A stretch of DNA of 64,000 bases from Carcharhinus amblyrhynchos (Eukaryota), in contig OZ336871.1 in NCBI GenBank assembly GCA_965287045.1, forward strand, positions 92,256,001 through 92,320,000, given 5' to 3'. The number at the start of each line of letters is the position of its first letter. Within the stretch, counting starts at the first letter, position 1. The translations under genes were made by a program, and so were the position numbers. A model generated the notes under the pieces. The model worked only from the letters and a program-made list of their open reading frames with translations, was not told the DNA's origin and did not search any database. Positions 60,279 through 64,000 of this stretch are shown one piece after another.

Positions 60279-62169
60279 ACAGAACACAATGGGTTCTGCC
60301 ATAGCGCATGGCCTCAAGGAAGACTGAGTAGGGGTCTGAGAGTGGGAAGGGATGAGCAGATGGAGATGAGGAAAAATTTTTTCTCTCAGATGGTCATACC
60401 TGGAACACTCTTCCTCAAAAGGCAATGGAAACACAATCTTTGAATAGTTTTAAGGCAAAGCTGGATAGATTTTTGATTAACAAGGGGGTGAAAAGTTATT
60501 TGGGTTGGGCAGGAATTTGGATCTAAGGTTACAATCAGATCAGCCCTGAAATTATTGAATGCTGTAATGTGTATAATGTGTCCTGTGTGTCACAAGGGAG
60601 ACAGTCCCGTGTTGAAGGCAGCACAGGGAAGAATCCTAGGATAGGATTTTGCATTTTGTGTTTGGATATCCATGATGATGATCCCAACTCTGCACTATGT
60701 CAGGAACAGCCCCTGACATTGGTTTTGCCCAAATTGGACGTACAGTGTCCAGAGGATGCACTTACAGTCCAATTAAATATAGCAGATGGGCTTTCAAAAC
60801 TGGAGGGGCAATAGGTGGGCCTCCTGCATGAAAGGAGCTGCAACTTGTTGTTGTAGTTAAGGGAGGGAGATGGTGGCCTCTCAGCACTTGTATAACGTTT
60901 GTAGTAAAAATGTCCACACCTGCTGCCCAGGCATCATTGTTGGAAGACAACGCATCCTTAGGGCAGCTTGTGGAGTCGGGGAATCCCTGCTAATTTACAA
61001 TCTACTAATTTAAAATAAATTCACTTTCTCTTGCCTGCTACTGAAGATCCCAGGCTGGTGCCTATTCCACTCTATGATGTCCCCATTTCCCAGAGGGATC
61101 TCAATCAAGCACTAGGTCCTTTGATTACCAACTTAAGGGGCATAACACATGTCTTCAGCAGCTGCCTAAAACAATGGCCAAACCTATTGTTAGATCTCTC
61201 TCAATGATGAGGGAGGCAGCATGTATGCCTTTGTTGTACTCCTTCAGGTGTTTACACAAACTATCCCCTGCTCCCTTGAAATAGTGCAAGATGTTACCAG
61301 ACAAATTATAGGGACAGCTGAGAAAACTGTAGCTCTTCACATCCAATCAAACAACTACACAGAATAAAGGCTACAGCAGTTCAGAATTATTATTTCTTCC
61401 AGATTTTGTTTTTGGCTGTTTTAAATTTCCCAGAATTTAAAAATAGACCTTCACCAAGAAGATGCCTTGATCCTGAGAATTAATTTCTGAAAACAAAAGA
61501 CAGAAGGAAATGTGGTTCATATTACCAGCTTGTGGGAGGCTATTATCTTTCTCTTTTCAGTGTTGTGTGATCAACCAAACTTAAATAACTGCCAATAAAA
61601 CGTCATGGAGGTTTGGTGATGTAATGCATTGCAATGCTAAGTAGTTACACCCTGGGTGGTAGTGTGAACTTGTCTATGCCACTTCAGAATGAGGCATAAT
61701 ACTTCATCTTCATCGCAAATATGGGAAATACAATTAGTGGATCAATCACCAGGCCATTTTGCAGTCAAAGACTATTTTTGTTGATTTATTTATTCAATAT
61801 CCAACTGTAATTTGATGCCACTGTGGGTGCTTTCATATCAAAACTGGTAAATCTACACCCACGTTTACACTTTGTTTTGAATTATGTAGATTGTTTGGCT
61901 TCTCATTGCAAAGGCAGAATGTTCAGTCCTATAACAAACCTAGTCATCTTTTCTCTTTCACGTTATTTAGTATCAGCAAAATAAACAACAGAAATGGAAC
62001 TGGAGCAGAATTGACAATCTGAGACCTGATTGTCTCAGTCAAGTTTCAAATCCAATACCCTATACATTTGCATCTTTTCAATCTTCTAGGTGATCGTTTT
62101 ACCCGCTGTCTAAAATGCTCTTGCCCCAAATGATCCTGGCATAATTCAATACATTTTATAAAAATTCAA

Positions 62170-62765
62170 TCATGGGATGTGATTGGCCATCTCTAATTGC
62201 CCTTAAACTAAGCCTGGCCATTTCTTAGGGCATTCAAGGGTCATAGAAAACCTACAGTGCAGAAAGAGGGCATTTGGCCGATCGAGTCTGCACCAACCAC
62301 AATTCCACCCAGGCCCTATCCCCATATCCACCCACTAATCTATGCAGCTCAGGACTCTAAGGGGCAATTTTAGCATGGCCCATCACCTAACCCGCACATC
62401 TTTGGACTGAGGGAGGAAATCAGAGCACCCAGAGGAAACCCAAGGAGAACCTCCTTACAGACAGTGACCCAAACCAGGACTCAAACCCAGGTCCCTGGAG
62501 CTGTGAAGCAGCAGTGCTAACCACTATGCTACCGTGCCGTGACCCCATCAACCACATTGTTGATGACCTGAAGTCATATGTAGGTCAGGCCTGGTGAGGA
62601 AGGCAGATTTCCTTGCCTAAAGGACATTAATGAATTAGATGGGTTTTTTTTAAACGACAATCGACAATGGGTTCATGGTCATATTAAACTTTTTAAATCA
62701 AACCTTTCTAATGGATTCAAATTCCACACCATCTGCCATGGTAGGATTTGAACCAAGTCTCCAGC
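62170..62765 (-). mobile_element. Second tRNA-SINE family copy, interrupted by a V-SINE at 62242-62539
   Basis: GGTTCAAATCCTACCATGGCAGATGGTG; homologous to 4403-4590. Tail resembles the LINE end at 3575-3660. Confidence 0.6.
62242..62539 (-). mobile_element. V-SINE with CR1 tail
   Basis: Homologous to 3965-4310. Confidence 0.85.
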
Positions 62766-62834
62766 ATAGCTTTCTATGCACTTAAAATATTTCAAAATTG
62801 TATGCTAATTCACTGAAAGATTAACTAAAGCAAT

Positions 62835-63330
62835 TATTACAACAACTTGTACTTACATAGCACCTACAACATTGAAAATTGTCTCAACATAATTCACAAA
62901 AGTGCATCAAATAGTGGATGCTATGCTAAAATTAGAAATAATCAAGGGGTGATTAAAAGTTTGATAAATACTTTTAAAGAGAGAATTAAAGAAAAAGACA
63001 GAGAGGTAGAATGATCAAGAATATTAGGGAGGGAATTGTGGAATGTGGAACATATGCAGCTGAAGACATGGGAGTCAACGAAGGAACAAAGGTTGAATTG
63101 ATGTATAAGAAATCATGGTCAAAGGAATGGTATTTGTGGGTGGGTGTGAGGTAAAAGATGTCGGACTGGTGGAGGTTGTGGAAATAAAAGGGGAACAACA
63201 TATTGAATGTAATTACTAAGGTGAGGTACGTCGGTGAGGACAATAAAAGTGGAAGCAGGAGTGACCAAGAGGGCTAAGAGAGCTGACAGTACAGTCCAAG
63301 GAATAGAAAGGAAAGAGTTGGGGAAGGCCC
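62835..63330 (-). mobile_element. Ancient L2-like LINE 3' remnant
   Basis: Minus strand TCTTCAGCTGCAT...CACAATTCCCTCCCTAA and tail GGTGCTATGTAAGTACAAGTTGTTG; a similar tail lies at 5165-5230. Confidence 0.5.
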
Positions 63331-63719
63331 AGCATGTCACTTCCCTTTATTCTCTCTGTTCTTTAATATTCTAATTCACATTTTAATTTCTGAATCCTCT
63401 TCAAGTTCAGATCTGTTTCCTGGTATTTTCATTTTTTTTGTTGTCCAAAGAGAGATGTAATGTTATTAGTTGAAAGAGGGAATGCATTTTTCCAAACTGC
63501 TGCTGTGAGTCATTACGTGACCATGTAGCATACAGCTACATTGTGTTCTGATTGCTTCAACATTTTTTTAAAGTACGAGCGCCCCTAACAACAAAACAAC
63601 TGCTAATTGCTTTTATCTAATACTGTTAACATAAGAGAACATCCCAAGGTGCTTTACAGAGGTGTAGAGAACTATGCAAATTAATATCTACTAGAATACG
63701 TCACAGGCTGGTATTCTGT

Positions 63720-63925
63720 AATGAGTGTCTCACCTCTTCAATGTCTCTGCACCACTTGAAAGGTAGAAGCCAAGAGTAGTATGGAATATCTACACTTGCC
63801 TGGATGATTGTAATTGCAACAGCATTCAAAACCACTTGATCAGTAACTCATCATCATTCACTTCCATTCCCTCCACCACTGACAAACAATGGCCGCTGAA
63901 AACACTGCAGCAAATCATCAAGGTT
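63720..63925 (+). mobile_element. Degenerate LINE RT C-terminal fragment, followed by a Penelope-like remnant to the window end
   Basis: ..SSMEYLHLPG/AW.. and SLHH*QTMAA resemble the MEYxPLAW / SLHHRRxVAA motifs of CR1-group LINEs. Confidence 0.4.
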
Positions 63926-64000
63926 CAATTGCTGGAAAGAATCAGCAGGTCCGGTAGCATCTAAAAGAGAGAAAAACAGAGTTAAGGGGGTGGAACCTTC

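Overview
Vertebrate genomic DNA, most likely a shark (inferred from tRNA-derived V-SINEs of HE1 type with CR1 tails, abundant CR1/HER1-like LINEs and a Deu-domain SINE). No host protein-coding gene is recognisable, so the window looks like a large intron or gene desert. It is dominated by transposable elements. There are four young 5'-truncated CR1 LINEs with open RT frames (two subfamilies), many older CR1 relics, seven Rex1/Babar-like LINE fragments (six with (AAATC)n tails), V-SINEs carrying two different LINE-derived tails, and Penelope-like remnants with hammerhead-ribozyme cores. It also holds a decayed PIF/Harbinger transposase element interrupted by a G-rich 41-bp VNTR and a LINE, plus related non-autonomous Harbinger/MITE copies and a probable solo LTR. 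A few AT-rich, repeat-free islands look like conserved enhancers. The most unusual observation is a CR1-like LINE family present as two divergent copies (35.6 kb and 41.5 kb). Its long 3' UTR contains, in order, a splice-acceptor-like site, a ~115-nt multi-helix RNA fold with compensatory substitutions between the copies, and a captured promoter-dead V-SINE that supplies the LINE's tail. All calls were made by eye, and boundaries of old repeats are approximate.
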